Part shown: positions 42,098 to 52,805 of the stretch, one piece after another
Layout: every line of letters begins with the position of its first letter
How positions within the stretch are numbered: position 1 is the stretch's first letter
Source of the DNA: an uncultured bacterium
Lineage (GTDB): Bacteria; Krumholzibacteriota; Krumholzibacteriia; JACNKJ01
Direction of reading: 5' to 3'
Assembly: GCA_963695095.1 (NCBI GenBank)
Contig: CAVOFT010000001.1
Location: forward strand, 512,001-576,000
Length of the DNA stretch: 64,000 nucleotides
Notes under the pieces: generated by a model
The model's input: only the letters and a program-made list of their open reading frames with translations
Told to the model about the DNA's origin: nothing
Database searches by the model: none
Program-made: the position numbers and the translations under genes

Positions 42098-43500
42098 CCC
42101 CCCTCAAGTGGTCGCGATTCCTGGCCGCATGGAGTAGCCGGCTGCCTGCCGCCCTGATCTTGAGCGCCCTGGCGGCGCCCGCCCCGGCGCAACCCGCGCC
42201 GGACCCAGCTCCCGCCACGCCGGGGGCGGCCCCGGTCCTGCTCGATCAGATCGTGGCCACCGTCGACGACGAAGTCATCTTGCTCAGCGAGATCGTCGGC
42301 GACTTGCAGTTCCACGCCCTGCAGAACGGGAAGCTGCCGCCGGCGGCCGAGCAGCGCGACTTGCTCGAGCAGGCGCGGACGGGGCGCATCCAGGAGAAGC
42401 TGCTGGTCGCCAAGGCCAGGCGCGACCAGATCCAGATCGGCGATGAGGATCTGGATCAGGCCCTGGACAGTCACCTGGCCACCCTGCGCAAGCAAGCCGG
42501 CAGCGAGAGCCGCTTCCTTGCCGAGTTGGCCCGCGAAGGGCTGACCGAGCGGGATCTCCGCAAGAACCTGCGCGAGCCCATGCGGGAGCAGATGCTCGCG
42601 CAACGCGTGATCGAGCGCGTGGCCATGGAGCTGACGGTCAGCGACGAGGACCTGCAGCGCTACTACGACGAGCACAAGACCGATCCCGAGCACATTCCCC
42701 TGCGGCCGCGGGCCGTCGAGCTGTCGCACCTGGTCGTGATGCCACAGGCGGAAGCCGAGCAGGAAAACGCGCTGCGCACGCGGCTTGACGAAGCCCAGCG
42801 TCGCCTGGCCGCCGGCGAGGATTTCGGCGCCGTCGCCATTGCGCTCAGCCAGGATCCCGCCGCGGCGCGCGGCGGCGACCTGGGCTGGTGGGACTTGAAG
42901 GACATCGCGCTGCCCGAGCTGGCGCTGGCCTTGGCCAATCTCCCGCCGGGACAGCGCGTCGACGAGCTGCGCAGCGAGCAAGGCTACCACATCCTGAAAA
43001 TGGAGGAGCGCGAGGGCCAGCGCGTGCACTTCCGGCAGATCTTCTTCCCGCTGCCGTTGAGCGAGGCGGACCGCCAGGCGGCCCGCGACCGGGCCCGGGA
43101 GGCCTGGCAGCGCCTGCAGGATGGTGCGGACTGGGCCGCCACCGTCAGCAGCTACAGCGATGACGAACCGACCCGCGAGCTGGGCGGCCGCCTGCCGGTC
43201 ATCCCGGAGGAGCAGTTGGATGATCGCTACCGCAGCGTCGTCGAGGGCCTGGAGCCCGGGGAGTACTCGGGCGTCTTCCTCGGCCGGCATGGCTACCAGA
43301 TCCTGCGCCTCGAGGCCCGCGACGCCTCGAGGCCCTATGCCTTGTCCGAAGTAGCGGATCAACTGCGCGCCGAGCTTGTCGGCCGCAAGCGCAATCAGGC
43401 GATCGAGAGCTACCTGACCAGCCTCGAACAGGAGATGCTGGTGACGCGCATCGAGCTGCCGCCGCTGAGCGCGATGGCCGGCCTGGCAGAGATGAAGTGA
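42094..43500 (+). CDS. surA: SurA-like periplasmic chaperone/PPIase
   Basis: LDQIVATVDDEVILLSE N-terminal domain, two rotamase domains (GEDFGAVA..SQDP..GGDLGW; YSDD..GG.L). Confidence 0.8.
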   Translation: MTPLKWSRFLAAWSSRLPAALILSALAAPAPAQPAPDPAPATPGAAPVLLDQIVATVDDEVILLSEIVGDLQFHALQNGKLPPAAEQRDLLEQARTGRIQEKLLVAKARRDQIQIGDEDLDQALDSHLATLRKQAGSESRFLAELAREGLTERDLRKNLREPMREQMLAQRVIERVAMELTVSDEDLQRYYDEHKTDPEHIPLRPRAVELSHLVVMPQAEAEQENALRTRLDEAQRRLAAGEDFGAVAIALSQDPAAARGGDLGWWDLKDIALPELALALANLPPGQRVDELRSEQGYHILKMEEREGQRVHFRQIFFPLPLSEADRQAARDRAREAWQRLQDGADWAATVSSYSDDEPTRELGGRLPVIPEEQLDDRYRSVVEGLEPGEYSGVFLGRHGYQILRLEARDASRPYALSEVADQLRAELVGRKRNQAIESYLTSLEQEMLVTRIELPPLSAMAGLAEMK

Positions 43501-43766
43501 GACTCGATCTCTGGCTGAGCAAGGTTTGTCTGCTCAAGAGCCGGAGCCAGGCCAAGAGCGGCTGCCAGAGTGGGAGAATCTTGCTCGGCGGGGCCCCGGT
43601 GAAGGAGAGCCGCGAATTGCACGGTGGGGAGGAGATCACCCTGATCTTTCCCCAGCGGGAAATCCGCCTGCGCGTCCTGGTCATTCCCACTGGCAATGTC
43701 AGCAAGCGGGATGCGCCAAACCACTATGAACTGCTCGAGGACCGCCCGCGCAGCGAGCTCTTCTAG
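43497..43766 (+). CDS. RNA-binding S4 domain protein (RqcP/YabO- or Hsp15-like)
   Basis: MRLDLWL....KSRSQAK..C..GRI......K.S; 89 aa. Confidence 0.82.
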   Translation: MRLDLWLSKVCLLKSRSQAKSGCQSGRILLGGAPVKESRELHGGEEITLIFPQREIRLRVLVIPTGNVSKRDAPNHYELLEDRPRSELF

Positions 43767-43810
43767 GCTCCCCGGCAGCCGGCGCCCCGTGGCGCCGGCC
43801 TGGCTCGGTT

Positions 43811-45793
43811 TCAAGTGCTGTCGGCGTACTTCATCGGTTGGCGCTCGCTGCGCGCCGATGCCTCATTCTTCCCGCCTCCCCGCGCCCCCGGCGCGGCGTT
43901 GCCGCCACTCGGGCCGCTAGCGCCGCCCGCGCCGCCTTCGGTCCCGCCGCCGCCCCGGCGCCGGCGTCGCGGCCGCCGTCGCCGCTCCCCTCCGCCTTCC
44001 GCAGTGGGCTGGCTTTCCTGCGGCTTGCGCTCGCCGCCCACCGCGCCAGCGCCAGGGCTGCCGCCACGGCCGCCGCTACGGCCCCCCCCACGACCGCCCC
44101 GGCCCCCCCGCTCGCCGCGCTCGCCGCGGCCCCCGCGTTCGCCGCGGCCGCGGCGCCCACCGTCCCCGCGGCCACCCTCATGGCCGTCATCATCCTCACG
44201 CGCCCGCTGTCGGTAGTATTCCTTGCGGCGCTCGCGGCGCTCGTTGGCGATGCGGCGCATCTCCTCGTCGGAGGCGCCCTCATAGCCGCGGTTACGGGCG
44301 AGCGACCACTTCAGAAGGGGGGGTGTCATCAGGGTGGTCAGGATGACCATGATCACGACAGCGCCGTAGGTTGCCTCCCCGACGATCCGCTCACCCGCGA
44401 CCACCAGTCCCATGCCGATGCTCGCGAAGATGAGCCCTACCTCGCCCCGGGGGATCATGCCGAAGCCCACGGAGAGCCGGTCCAAACCGCGCTCAAGCAC
44501 GCCCAGCGAGCAGAGCTGCTTGCCGATGATGGCGGCCGCGGTGAGCGCGGCCGCGAGTCCGAGGATCTCGGGCCGCGCGAAATGCACGAGGTCGACTTTG
44601 TAACCCATGTGGACGAAGAAGATGGGCACCAGGAAGCCGGCCAGGGGCCGCAGGAGTTCCTCCAGGCTCCGCTGCTCGCGCTGCCGGAGCTCGGCATAGT
44701 GCAGTTCGTCGAGAATCAAGCCCGCGGCGAAAGCGCCGACGATGGTTGCCAGCCCGATCTTGTTCGCCAGGTAGCTGAGCGCGAAGAGGAAGACCAGGCT
44801 GGTCGTGAGCAGTAGATGCTCGCCGCGCAGCTTGCTCGCCAGACGGAAGAGCCGCGGAGACAACCACTGGCCGACAAGGAGCGCCCCGGCCAGGAAGAGC
44901 AGGGCCTTGCCGATGATCCACGCCACGCCCAGCGCCGGGAGCGAGGCGCCGCCCGAGTTCGCGGCGACGATGACGCCGGAGACCACGGCCAGGATGACCA
45001 GCCCGACGATGTCGTCGATAACTGCCGCGCCGAGGATGATCCGGCTCTCGCGCAGGTTCACCTTGCCGAGGTCCTTCAGCACGCGGGCCGTGATGCCGAC
45101 GCTGGTGGCGGTCAGAATCGCTCCCAGGAAGACGTGCACGTAGACCGAAGCTTCGGGCAGCAGCAGCCGGCCAACGCCCCAGCCGAGCAGGAAGGGGGCG
45201 ATGACGCCCAGCAGGGCCACCAGCAGGCTGGAAGGTCCGACCCGCAGCATATCCCGGAGATTGCTCTCCAGGCCGACCTCGAACAGGAGCAGGATCACGC
45301 CGATCTCACCCAGGATTTCGATGATCTTCTCTGCCGGCAGGCTGCCGAAGACCGGCGCCGCGAAGAGCCGCTCGACGCCCGGAAAGCCGAAGAGGACGAG
45401 GTTGCCGAGCAGAACCCCGACCAGGAGCTCGCCGAGCACGCTGGGCTGGCCGAGCCGCTCCAGCGCCGCGCCGCCGAGCCGGGCGGCGAGGATGATGACC
45501 AGAAGCAGGGCGAGCACGGGTACGACGGGGCTGCTGTGCCCGCCGGCGGTCTCGCCATGGGCAGTGCTGCCCTCGGCGCCGTCGTGAGTGCCGGCATCGC
45601 CCGAGGCCCCTTGGCCTGCCAGGGCGACACCCTCCCCTTCCGCAGACGGCGTCACCGCGGCAACCCCCTCGGAAGCCAGGACTTGCGAGGCTTGGGCTGC
45701 CTGTGGCTGGAAGACATCCAGCGCACACCATCCGGCCGCGACGAGCGCGATCGTCAAGATCAGCGCTACGCCGCCCAGGCGGAGTGTCCGCAT
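43811..45793 (-). CDS. Cation:proton antiporter (CPA2, NapA/Kef-like) with long low-complexity C-terminal tail
   Basis: GQPSVLGELLVG, LLFEVGLE, ATSVGIT, GAAVIDDI, IVGAFAAGL, GMIPRGEVGL; ATG at 45793 with AAGGAG SD. Confidence 0.92.
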   Translation of the reverse strand: MRTLRLGGVALILTIALVAAGWCALDVFQPQAAQASQVLASEGVAAVTPSAEGEGVALAGQGASGDAGTHDGAEGSTAHGETAGGHSSPVVPVLALLLVIILAARLGGAALERLGQPSVLGELLVGVLLGNLVLFGFPGVERLFAAPVFGSLPAEKIIEILGEIGVILLLFEVGLESNLRDMLRVGPSSLLVALLGVIAPFLLGWGVGRLLLPEASVYVHVFLGAILTATSVGITARVLKDLGKVNLRESRIILGAAVIDDIVGLVILAVVSGVIVAANSGGASLPALGVAWIIGKALLFLAGALLVGQWLSPRLFRLASKLRGEHLLLTTSLVFLFALSYLANKIGLATIVGAFAAGLILDELHYAELRQREQRSLEELLRPLAGFLVPIFFVHMGYKVDLVHFARPEILGLAAALTAAAIIGKQLCSLGVLERGLDRLSVGFGMIPRGEVGLIFASIGMGLVVAGERIVGEATYGAVVIMVILTTLMTPPLLKWSLARNRGYEGASDEEMRRIANERRERRKEYYRQRAREDDDGHEGGRGDGGRRGRGERGGRGERGERGGRGGRGGGRSGGRGGSPGAGAVGGERKPQESQPTAEGGGERRRRPRRRRRGGGGTEGGAGGASGPSGGNAAPGARGGGKNEASARSERQPMKYADST

Positions 45794-46014
45794 GCCGTCT
45801 CCTTTGCAGGACTTGGGTCCAGGCTGGGCCCAGAAACCTAAACCCTTTTCAAGTTTTGGGTTGCATGCATGGGCCACGGACCACAGGGTAAGCGGGCCCC
45901 CGGGTGTCGTCAAGAAATGTCCTGGTCCTGCCGCCCGAAACTAGGGCCTAGCGCCAAGCGTAGTGCGGTTCAGTTAGCCTTCGTTTATCTCACAACCGAA
46001 ACGGAAGTGCCGCG

Positions 46015-47109
46015 ATGAACACCCGCAGCCTCCTGCTCGCCCTTGGACTACTGGTCGGCGCCGCTGCCGCGCTGGCCGATGCGGACTACAGCAAGGACAT
46101 CGTCCGCAAGTTCGATGAAGGCAGCGTGGACAGCCTCCGACTGGAGAACCTGGCTGGCCGCCTCTTCCTTGAGCGCGCCAGCGGGACGGCGTTGGAGATG
46201 CGGGCCACTGTGCGCGCCGACGGCTTCGACGGGATGGCGGCCCGCGAGGTGGCCCAGCTCCTCGATCTCCGCATCGAGCGGGACGGCAAGGGAATCCTCA
46301 TCAAGGCCGTCTACCCGCTCGATCGCTACGGCCGCATCCGCTACGGCGATGCCGAGGGAGGCTTGTTCTCCGGTACCACCCAGGCGCGAATCGACGGCCG
46401 CAGGGTGAAGATCAGCATGGGCCGCAAGGGCGATGGCTTGCCGCTCTGGGCCGACTTCCACCTGAGGGTGCCGGCGGGAGTGGCCTGCGATCTGCGCCAG
46501 CTCGTCGGCGCTGTCAAACTGGAAGGGCTGGCCGGCGATCTGCGCGTCGACTGCGCAAGTGCGGAGATTTCGGCCCTGCGTCACGAGGGCGACTTGTGGG
46601 TGGACAGCGGCAGCGGCAACATCCGGGTGGAGACCCTGCGCGGCAACCTGACTCTCGATACCGGGAGCGGCGACATCAAGGTGGAGGACCTCGTGGGGGA
46701 CTTCCGCGGGGACACGGGCAGCGGCGACATCCTGCTTCAGAAGGCTAGCGGTGAGAGGCTTCACGCCGACACGGGCAGCGGCGACGTCCTGCTCAGCGAT
46801 GCGAGCTACCCGCAACTGGGCATCGATACCGGCAGCGGCGACGTGCGCGTCGGCTCGCTGCTGGGGACGCTGCGGCGCTGGCAGGTCGATACCGGCAGCG
46901 GCGACGTGGTCTTTCTCCTGCCCGCGGCGGGCAGCTCCTTCCGCCTCGAAGTCGACAGCAGCAGCGGCGAGGTGGAGTGCGGCTTCCCCACCCGGGATGT
47001 GCGCCTCGAGCGCGGCCGCATTCGTGCCCTGACCGTGGGCGATGGCCAGGGGATCATCCTCGTGGACACGGGCAGCGGGGATATATCGCTGATTGCGAAT
47101 GGGGACTGA
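46015..47109 (+). CDS. DUF4097-type beta-strand repeat protein, secreted
   Basis: Signal peptide; about nine xDTGSGD(I/V)-like repeats, mostly at ~19-aa period. Confidence 0.82.
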   Translation: MNTRSLLLALGLLVGAAAALADADYSKDIVRKFDEGSVDSLRLENLAGRLFLERASGTALEMRATVRADGFDGMAAREVAQLLDLRIERDGKGILIKAVYPLDRYGRIRYGDAEGGLFSGTTQARIDGRRVKISMGRKGDGLPLWADFHLRVPAGVACDLRQLVGAVKLEGLAGDLRVDCASAEISALRHEGDLWVDSGSGNIRVETLRGNLTLDTGSGDIKVEDLVGDFRGDTGSGDILLQKASGERLHADTGSGDVLLSDASYPQLGIDTGSGDVRVGSLLGTLRRWQVDTGSGDVVFLLPAAGSSFRLEVDSSSGEVECGFPTRDVRLERGRIRALTVGDGQGIILVDTGSGDISLIANGD

Positions 47110-47392
47110 AGCGAGCCCCGCGCTCGCCCGGACCCTGACCTCCCAGGGCGGCGCCTCAAGGCGCCGCTTTCCGTTGCGCCGCAGCCGCAGCGGGCGTGAC
47201 GAGTCCGCGATCCTCACTCGGAGTCCCCGGTCGCAGGACATCATCAACGTCTTGACGATTCTGCAATATGGGCTAGTCTTATCGACGCTGACCTGGAAGA
47301 TGAGCAGGTTCAACCAGCCCGGACCGCCAGTATCGCCCCGATCAGCCTCGGCGGGGCTCCAAGCCTGGCAGGGTGGTCCACGGAGGAACAGC

Positions 47393-47944
47393 ATGAGCGA
47401 GTCGTCGCGCGTGGATTCCCGCTTGGCCACGATTCAGGTCAGGGGGGAGGTCATCCTCGCCATTCTCGAGAGCACGCGCAGTCTCGGCGATGCGGCGCTC
47501 AAGATCCTCGGTCGCCACCACATCACCGAAGTCGCGGCGGGGCGCTGGTACCCGCTGGATCGACTCCTGGCGGTCCTGGCCGAGATCGAAGCTTCAATGA
47601 CCGACACGACGCTCTACACGATCGGCCACAAGATCCACCGCAATGCCGTGTTGCCTGGCGAGTACGGCGACTTCCGCGAAGCCCTGGCCCGCATCGATGA
47701 GGCCTACCATCTCAACCATCAGGGCGGGGACATCGGCCACTATGCCTTCCAGCAAACCACGCCTCGCCAGGTGCTCGTCGTCTCGACCAGCCTCTACCCT
47801 TGCGAGTTCGATCGCGGCGTCGTGCACGGCTTCGCCGGCTACGCGCGACCGGCTGAGATCCAGCGCCTGAGCGTCAGCCACGATTCTCAAGCCCCCTGCC
47901 GGCGCCGGGACGGCGCGAGCTGCACCTACAGCGTGGACTGGTAG
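47393..47944 (+). CDS. Stand-alone V4R/H-NOX-like ligand-binding protein
   Basis: GGAGG SD; WYP, YPCEFDRG, H...PCR..DG..CTY..W pattern. Confidence 0.6.
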   Translation: MSESSRVDSRLATIQVRGEVILAILESTRSLGDAALKILGRHHITEVAAGRWYPLDRLLAVLAEIEASMTDTTLYTIGHKIHRNAVLPGEYGDFREALARIDEAYHLNHQGGDIGHYAFQQTTPRQVLVVSTSLYPCEFDRGVVHGFAGYARPAEIQRLSVSHDSQAPCRRRDGASCTYSVDW

Positions 47945-47985
47945 GGTCCGTTGCGGGGTGCGCCGCCCCGTGCTAGGCTCGCCGC

Positions 47986-49128
47986 ATGGCCCACGCCCTC
48001 CATTTCCGCGGGAATCCCCGGCTGCGCGCCCAGCTCGAGCAGGCCTTGACCTCCGGCCGGCTGGCCGGGAGCTACCTCTTCGAGGGCGCCGACGGCGCCG
48101 GGCAGGAGCAGGCGGCGATCGAGTTGGCCGCCGGGGTCATCGTCGGCGACACGGATCTCGCCAATCCCGCTGCCCGCCGCGTTCGCCGCTACGCCCATCC
48201 CGATCTGCACTATGTCCTGCCGGTTCTCAAGCCCGGCAGCAGGTCCTGGGACGACATGAAGGTGGAGGAGATCTTCGATCTCTTCCGCGAGGAGCAGGCG
48301 CGCAAGGCCGAGGATCCCTATGCTCAGCCGGAATATGACCGGCAGCCCCGCATTCCCATCCGGGCCCTGCGGGAGCTGTTGACCCTGCTCTACACCAAGC
48401 CCTACGAGGGCCACGGCAAGGCCGTCATCATTCGAGACGCGGACTTCATTGACGCTGCCGGACAGGATGCCCTGCTCAAGACGCTCGAGGAGCCGCCGCC
48501 GGGGCGAGTGATCATCCTGATCAGCTCGCGGCCGGAGGCACTGCGGCCCACCGTTCTCAGCCGCTGCCAGCGGCTGCCCTTCGATCCCCTGCCCAGGGCC
48601 GATATCCTGGCCGTGCTCGCCGAGCGCGGCCTCGTCGGTCCCCGCGCCGAGCTGCTGGCCACCCTGGCCGACGGCAGCGTGGACGCAGCCGTGCAGCTTG
48701 CGGCCGCCGAGGTCGAGACGGCCGACGAACCCAATCGGATCCTGGCCCGCCGCGAGACCTGGCTCGAACTCATCGAGATCTGCGAGCTGGGCAGCGAACT
48801 CGAGCAGCTCGATGCGTTGCAGGCCTTCGTGCGCGGCGCCGGTCGCGACAACGTCACCCGCGAGCGGGCGGATTTCCTCGGCTTGGCCGTCAGCTGGTAT
48901 CACGAGTTGCTGGGGCTGGCCCTGGGTGCCGGGGAACCCCGCTTGCACATCGACCAGAGCGAACGGCTCGCGCGCCAGGCGGGTCTGAGTGCGCTGGCCC
49001 TGATCGAGCGGATCCAGCGCTGCGAAAAGGCGCGCCGGCAGATTCTCGGCTACGCGAATGCTCAGCTCACGCTGTTGAGCCTCTTCTTCAGTTTTCGGCA
49101 GGGCGCTCTCGCCCGCCGGGCCAGCTGA
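47986..49128 (+). CDS. holB: DNA polymerase III subunit delta'
   Basis: SYLFEGADGAG, HPDL, KAVIIRDAD, ALLKTLEEPP, PTVLSRCQ. Confidence 0.9.
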   Translation: MAHALHFRGNPRLRAQLEQALTSGRLAGSYLFEGADGAGQEQAAIELAAGVIVGDTDLANPAARRVRRYAHPDLHYVLPVLKPGSRSWDDMKVEEIFDLFREEQARKAEDPYAQPEYDRQPRIPIRALRELLTLLYTKPYEGHGKAVIIRDADFIDAAGQDALLKTLEEPPPGRVIILISSRPEALRPTVLSRCQRLPFDPLPRADILAVLAERGLVGPRAELLATLADGSVDAAVQLAAAEVETADEPNRILARRETWLELIEICELGSELEQLDALQAFVRGAGRDNVTRERADFLGLAVSWYHELLGLALGAGEPRLHIDQSERLARQAGLSALALIERIQRCEKARRQILGYANAQLTLLSLFFSFRQGALARRAS

Positions 49129-49150
49129 CCATGCCGGAGGACGCGCCACG

Positions 49151-49909
49151 GTGATCGACAGCCATGCCCACCTGCATCTGGCCGACTTCGCGGCCGACCG
49201 CGATGAAGTGATGGCCCGCTTGCGCGCGGTCGGCGTGCGCAAGGTGCTCGAGGTGGGCATCGATCGCGCGGGCGCCGCACAGGCCCTGGCCCTGGCTGCC
49301 GTCTACCCCGAGCTGCGCGTGGCCGTGGGCTGCCATCCTCACGAGGCGGTCGCCTGGGACGAGGACTTCGCGCGGGCTTTGCGCGACTGGGCAGACCATC
49401 CGCGCGTGCTGGCCCTGGGCGAGCTGGGCCTGGACCACTACCGGGACTATGCCCCGCGGCCCGTCCAGGAGCGGGCCTTCCGCGAGCAGCTCGGCCTGGG
49501 CCGGGAGCTGGATCTGCCCGTCGTCTTCCACGTGCGGGCCGCCGAGGCGGACTTCCTGCGCGTCCTCGACGAGGAGGGCGCCCCGCGGCGGGCCGTGCTC
49601 CACGCCTTCAGCCACGGGGCCGACTTCGCCGCCGCCTGTCTCGCGCGCGGCTTCTGGCTGGGCATCGGCGGCATTCTCACCTACCCGCGCAGCAGCCTGC
49701 CGGAGCTGCTGCGCGAGGTGCCGGTGACGCGCATCCTCCTGGAGACGGATTGCCCCTGGCTGCCTCCGGTGCCGCACCGGGGGCGCCGCAACGAACCGGC
49801 CTACCTCGTCCATGTCCTGGAGCGGCTGGCCGATCTCTACGCCATGGCGCCGGCCGCCCTGGAGTCGCGCCTGGACGCCAACTTCGCCGATTTCTGCGGG
49901 GAACCCTGA
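49151..49909 (+). CDS. tatD: TatD family DNase
   Basis: IDSHAHL, GCHPH, GELGLD, VFHVR, LETDCPWL, RNEPAY. Confidence 0.93.
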   Translation: MIDSHAHLHLADFAADRDEVMARLRAVGVRKVLEVGIDRAGAAQALALAAVYPELRVAVGCHPHEAVAWDEDFARALRDWADHPRVLALGELGLDHYRDYAPRPVQERAFREQLGLGRELDLPVVFHVRAAEADFLRVLDEEGAPRRAVLHAFSHGADFAAACLARGFWLGIGGILTYPRSSLPELLREVPVTRILLETDCPWLPPVPHRGRRNEPAYLVHVLERLADLYAMAPAALESRLDANFADFCGEP

Positions 49910-49914
49910 GTAGG

Positions 49915-50749
49915 ATGTCGAAGCTCGTGCCGGGAGATGGGCCGCTCAGGCCCCGCAAAGCGCTGGGCCAGAACTTCCTGCGCGACCCGAACCTGATCCG
50001 CAAGATCGTGGCGGCGGTGGACCCGCGGCCGGGCGACCTGGTCCTCGAGTACGGCTGCGGGACCGGCGCCCTCACGCGGCCGCTCGTGGCCAGCGGGGCG
50101 CGCGTGATCGGCGTCGAGGTGGACGAGGACCTGCTCGCCCGCCTGGCGGCGGATCCCGCTCTGGCAGGCCTGGAGCTGCGCAGCGAGGGCCTCGAACAGC
50201 TCCCGCCGGCCAGCGTGGCGGAGGCGGCGGGCGTCGCGCGGCTCAAGCTGGTGGGGAACCTGCCCTATCAGCTCAGCTCGGTGGCCCTGTTCGCGGCCGT
50301 CGAGGACTGGCACTGCGTGGAGCGGGTGGTCTTCATGCTGCAGCGCGAGGTGGCCGAGCGGATTCTCGAGGCGCCCGGCAGCCGGCGCTACGGCATCCTG
50401 CCCGCGCTCCTGCAAGCCCGATTCAAGGTGGAGAAGGTGCTGGACGCCGGTCCGCGCGCCTTCTTTCCGTCGCCCGAGGTGAAGAGCCGCGTGCTGTCGC
50501 CTGACGCCGCTGGATGCGCCCCGCGTCGCCGCCGCCGACTGGCCGGCCTACCGGGCGCTGGTCAAGACGCTCTTCCGCGAGCGGCGCAAGCAGCTCGGCA
50601 CCCTGCTGAGAAAGTTCTACGCGGTGGACGAGGCCTTTCTGGTAGAAATGGAGGCCCGGGACGGCCTCTGTCCGACCCGGCGTCCGGAAACGCTGAGCAT
50701 CGACGAGCTGGCCCGACTGGCCGGCCGCCTGCATCGGATGCCCTCGTGA
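49915..50749 (+). CDS. rsmA: 16S rRNA dimethyltransferase RsmA/KsgA (frameshift near 50500)
   Basis: RKALGQNFL, LEYGCGTGALT, GNLPYQ, MLQREVAERI, FFPSPEVKS; second frame gives FRERRKQL...RRPETLS. Confidence 0.92.
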
Positions 50750-52805
50750 ACCTGTCCGTCCGCCATGCGCTCCGCTCTCTCGTCTTGGCCGCGCTGCTGG
50801 CGCTGGTGGGTCTCGCCCTCCCGCGCCAGGCGCTGGCCCAGATGAGCGAAGCGGCCGCCGACAGCCTGCGCGAGGCCGTCATCGCCGCCTTTGCGGCCGC
50901 CGGCGACAGCTTGACGCCGGCCCAGGCGGACAGCATCCTGGCCCTCGACGCCGGTCAGCCGCCCGCCCAGCCGGCGGGGGGCAGGCGCCGATCCTCGGCG
51001 GGGGCCTGCGTCCGGTCTTCAAGAGCGACACCCGCGTGCTGGACAGCCGCGTCGACGTGAGCAACGAGATGCGCCTCAGCACGGGCTTTCCCAGCACCTG
51101 GGCGGTGGGCGGCCGCATCTACTACGACCGCACGCTGCCGCGCGAGCTGAGTCGCGAGGGCGTGCGCACGGGCTTCTCGCTCGACACCAGCCGCCGCCTG
51201 CTGGGGGCCATTCCGCTCGCGCTGAGCGCCGAGCGCAGCTATCAGCTCGACGAGCAGAACAAGGGGCAGCCGACCTATCGCCGGGACATCGGCGAGATGG
51301 ACCGGGTGGGAGTCGTGGCCAGCGGCGCTCGGCGCCTGACCCCCTGGCTGGCGGCCAACATGAATACCGCAGCCGGCGCTTCCGCATCCGTCGCGAGCAA
51401 CAACCAGAGCCTCGATCGCACGAGCGAGGACCTGAGCCAGCAGCTCGGCGGGCACCTGGATCTGGCGCCCGGCCGCGGGCTGGCGGTGACCGCGGGCTAT
51501 TCGGGCACTTCCGTGCTTTCTGCCGCCGAGTTGAACCAGGAGCAGCGGAACATCCGCAGCACGCAGGATTCGCTGCAGCTGAGGACGGAGTACAAGCCGA
51601 ACAAGCGCATCAGCATCGGCATCGTGGGCGGGCGGCTGGAGAGGGTCGCCGAGTCCCTGGACTTCGTCCGCAACGAGTACAATCTCGTGGAAGACAGCAC
51701 GAAGCTCGATGTCGTGAAGACGCGCGACACGGGAGTGGGGGGGCGCGCCTCCCTGGAGTTCGCGCCCTGGGATCGGCTCAACATCAACGCCAGCCTCAGG
51801 GCCCAGCGCGATGAGCGTCGGGTGGCGGGCGAGTTTCTCGCCTACACCACGAAGGACAAGGACGGCGAGCAGGGCGAGCTCCAGCTGCAGTCCAAGATCA
51901 AGCCCTGGCGCGGCCTGATCGCGGATGTCGGCTACAAGAAGAGCGAGATTCGCAGCGCGGATTTCACGGCGGACAAGCGCCAGCTCAACCAGGAGTTCTC
52001 CGTCAAGGGCACGCAGGAGCTGAACAGGGGCTTCAAGCTCTCCGGCGAGGCCTTCTTTCTCCTCACCCAGGAGCTCTACGTCGACGGCAAGCAGGACCGC
52101 GACAAGGCCCAGACGCGCCTGTCGGGCACCGTCAGCGGCCAGGCGGCGCCCTGGCTGAAGGCGAGCAGCACCCTGCAGTGGTTCCAGAACCAGGACGTGC
52201 TGATCCCCTCGGCCAACTCGGTGGCCAGCAAGGACAAAAACTCGCTATCGTGGAAGGGGGACCTGGACTACACCTTCCGGTCCCGCTACAAGGTCTCTCA
52301 GCGCTGCGAGGTGAGCGTCACCGAGGAGGACTTCTACTTCACGCCGGACAAGAATTCGCTCAGCCGCGACTACCTGCTGCTGACCAGCTCCCTGATCCCG
52401 ATTGCCGGCAAGATGAGCCTTGATTTCGCGCATGAATTCCGTAAACGTGAATCCGGCAACTACTTGCCGGATCCCAGCGATCCCCGGGGCCCCAAGGTCT
52501 TCTACCGGGACTCGCGCACCAAGACGGAGATCCTCCGCCTGGGCATGAGCTATGCCTTCCGGGACTACCTCAGAATCACCTGCGATGAGGAGATCGGTCG
52601 CGACGTGGACTTCGACTACCGGGAGCTACTCCAGCAGATTTCCACCTACGGCACTCTGAATTTCGGCCTGAGCTTCAACCAGAAGTTCGGCAGCGGCGGC
52701 AGCATCGACGCCAAGCTCGCCCACCGAGCCCGCTTCGGTAGCTTCGTCCGCGAAAACCAGCGCAGCCTCTGGCTTCCCACCCTATCCATCGGGTATACTT
52801 TCTGA
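50746..52805 (+). CDS. Putative outer-membrane beta-barrel protein (frameshift near the G-run at 50975-50985)
   Basis: GTG overlapping the rsmA stop, signal peptide ..ALA/Q, alternating amphipathic strands, C-terminal LSIGYTF beta-signal. Confidence 0.72.

Noticed and set aside
46600..47090. Regularly spaced GACAC(G/C)GGCAGCGGCGAC repeats resembling a CRISPR array
   Set aside because: Repeats are short, degenerate at third codon positions and in frame; they encode the DTGSGD repeats of a DUF4097 protein, and no cas genes are present
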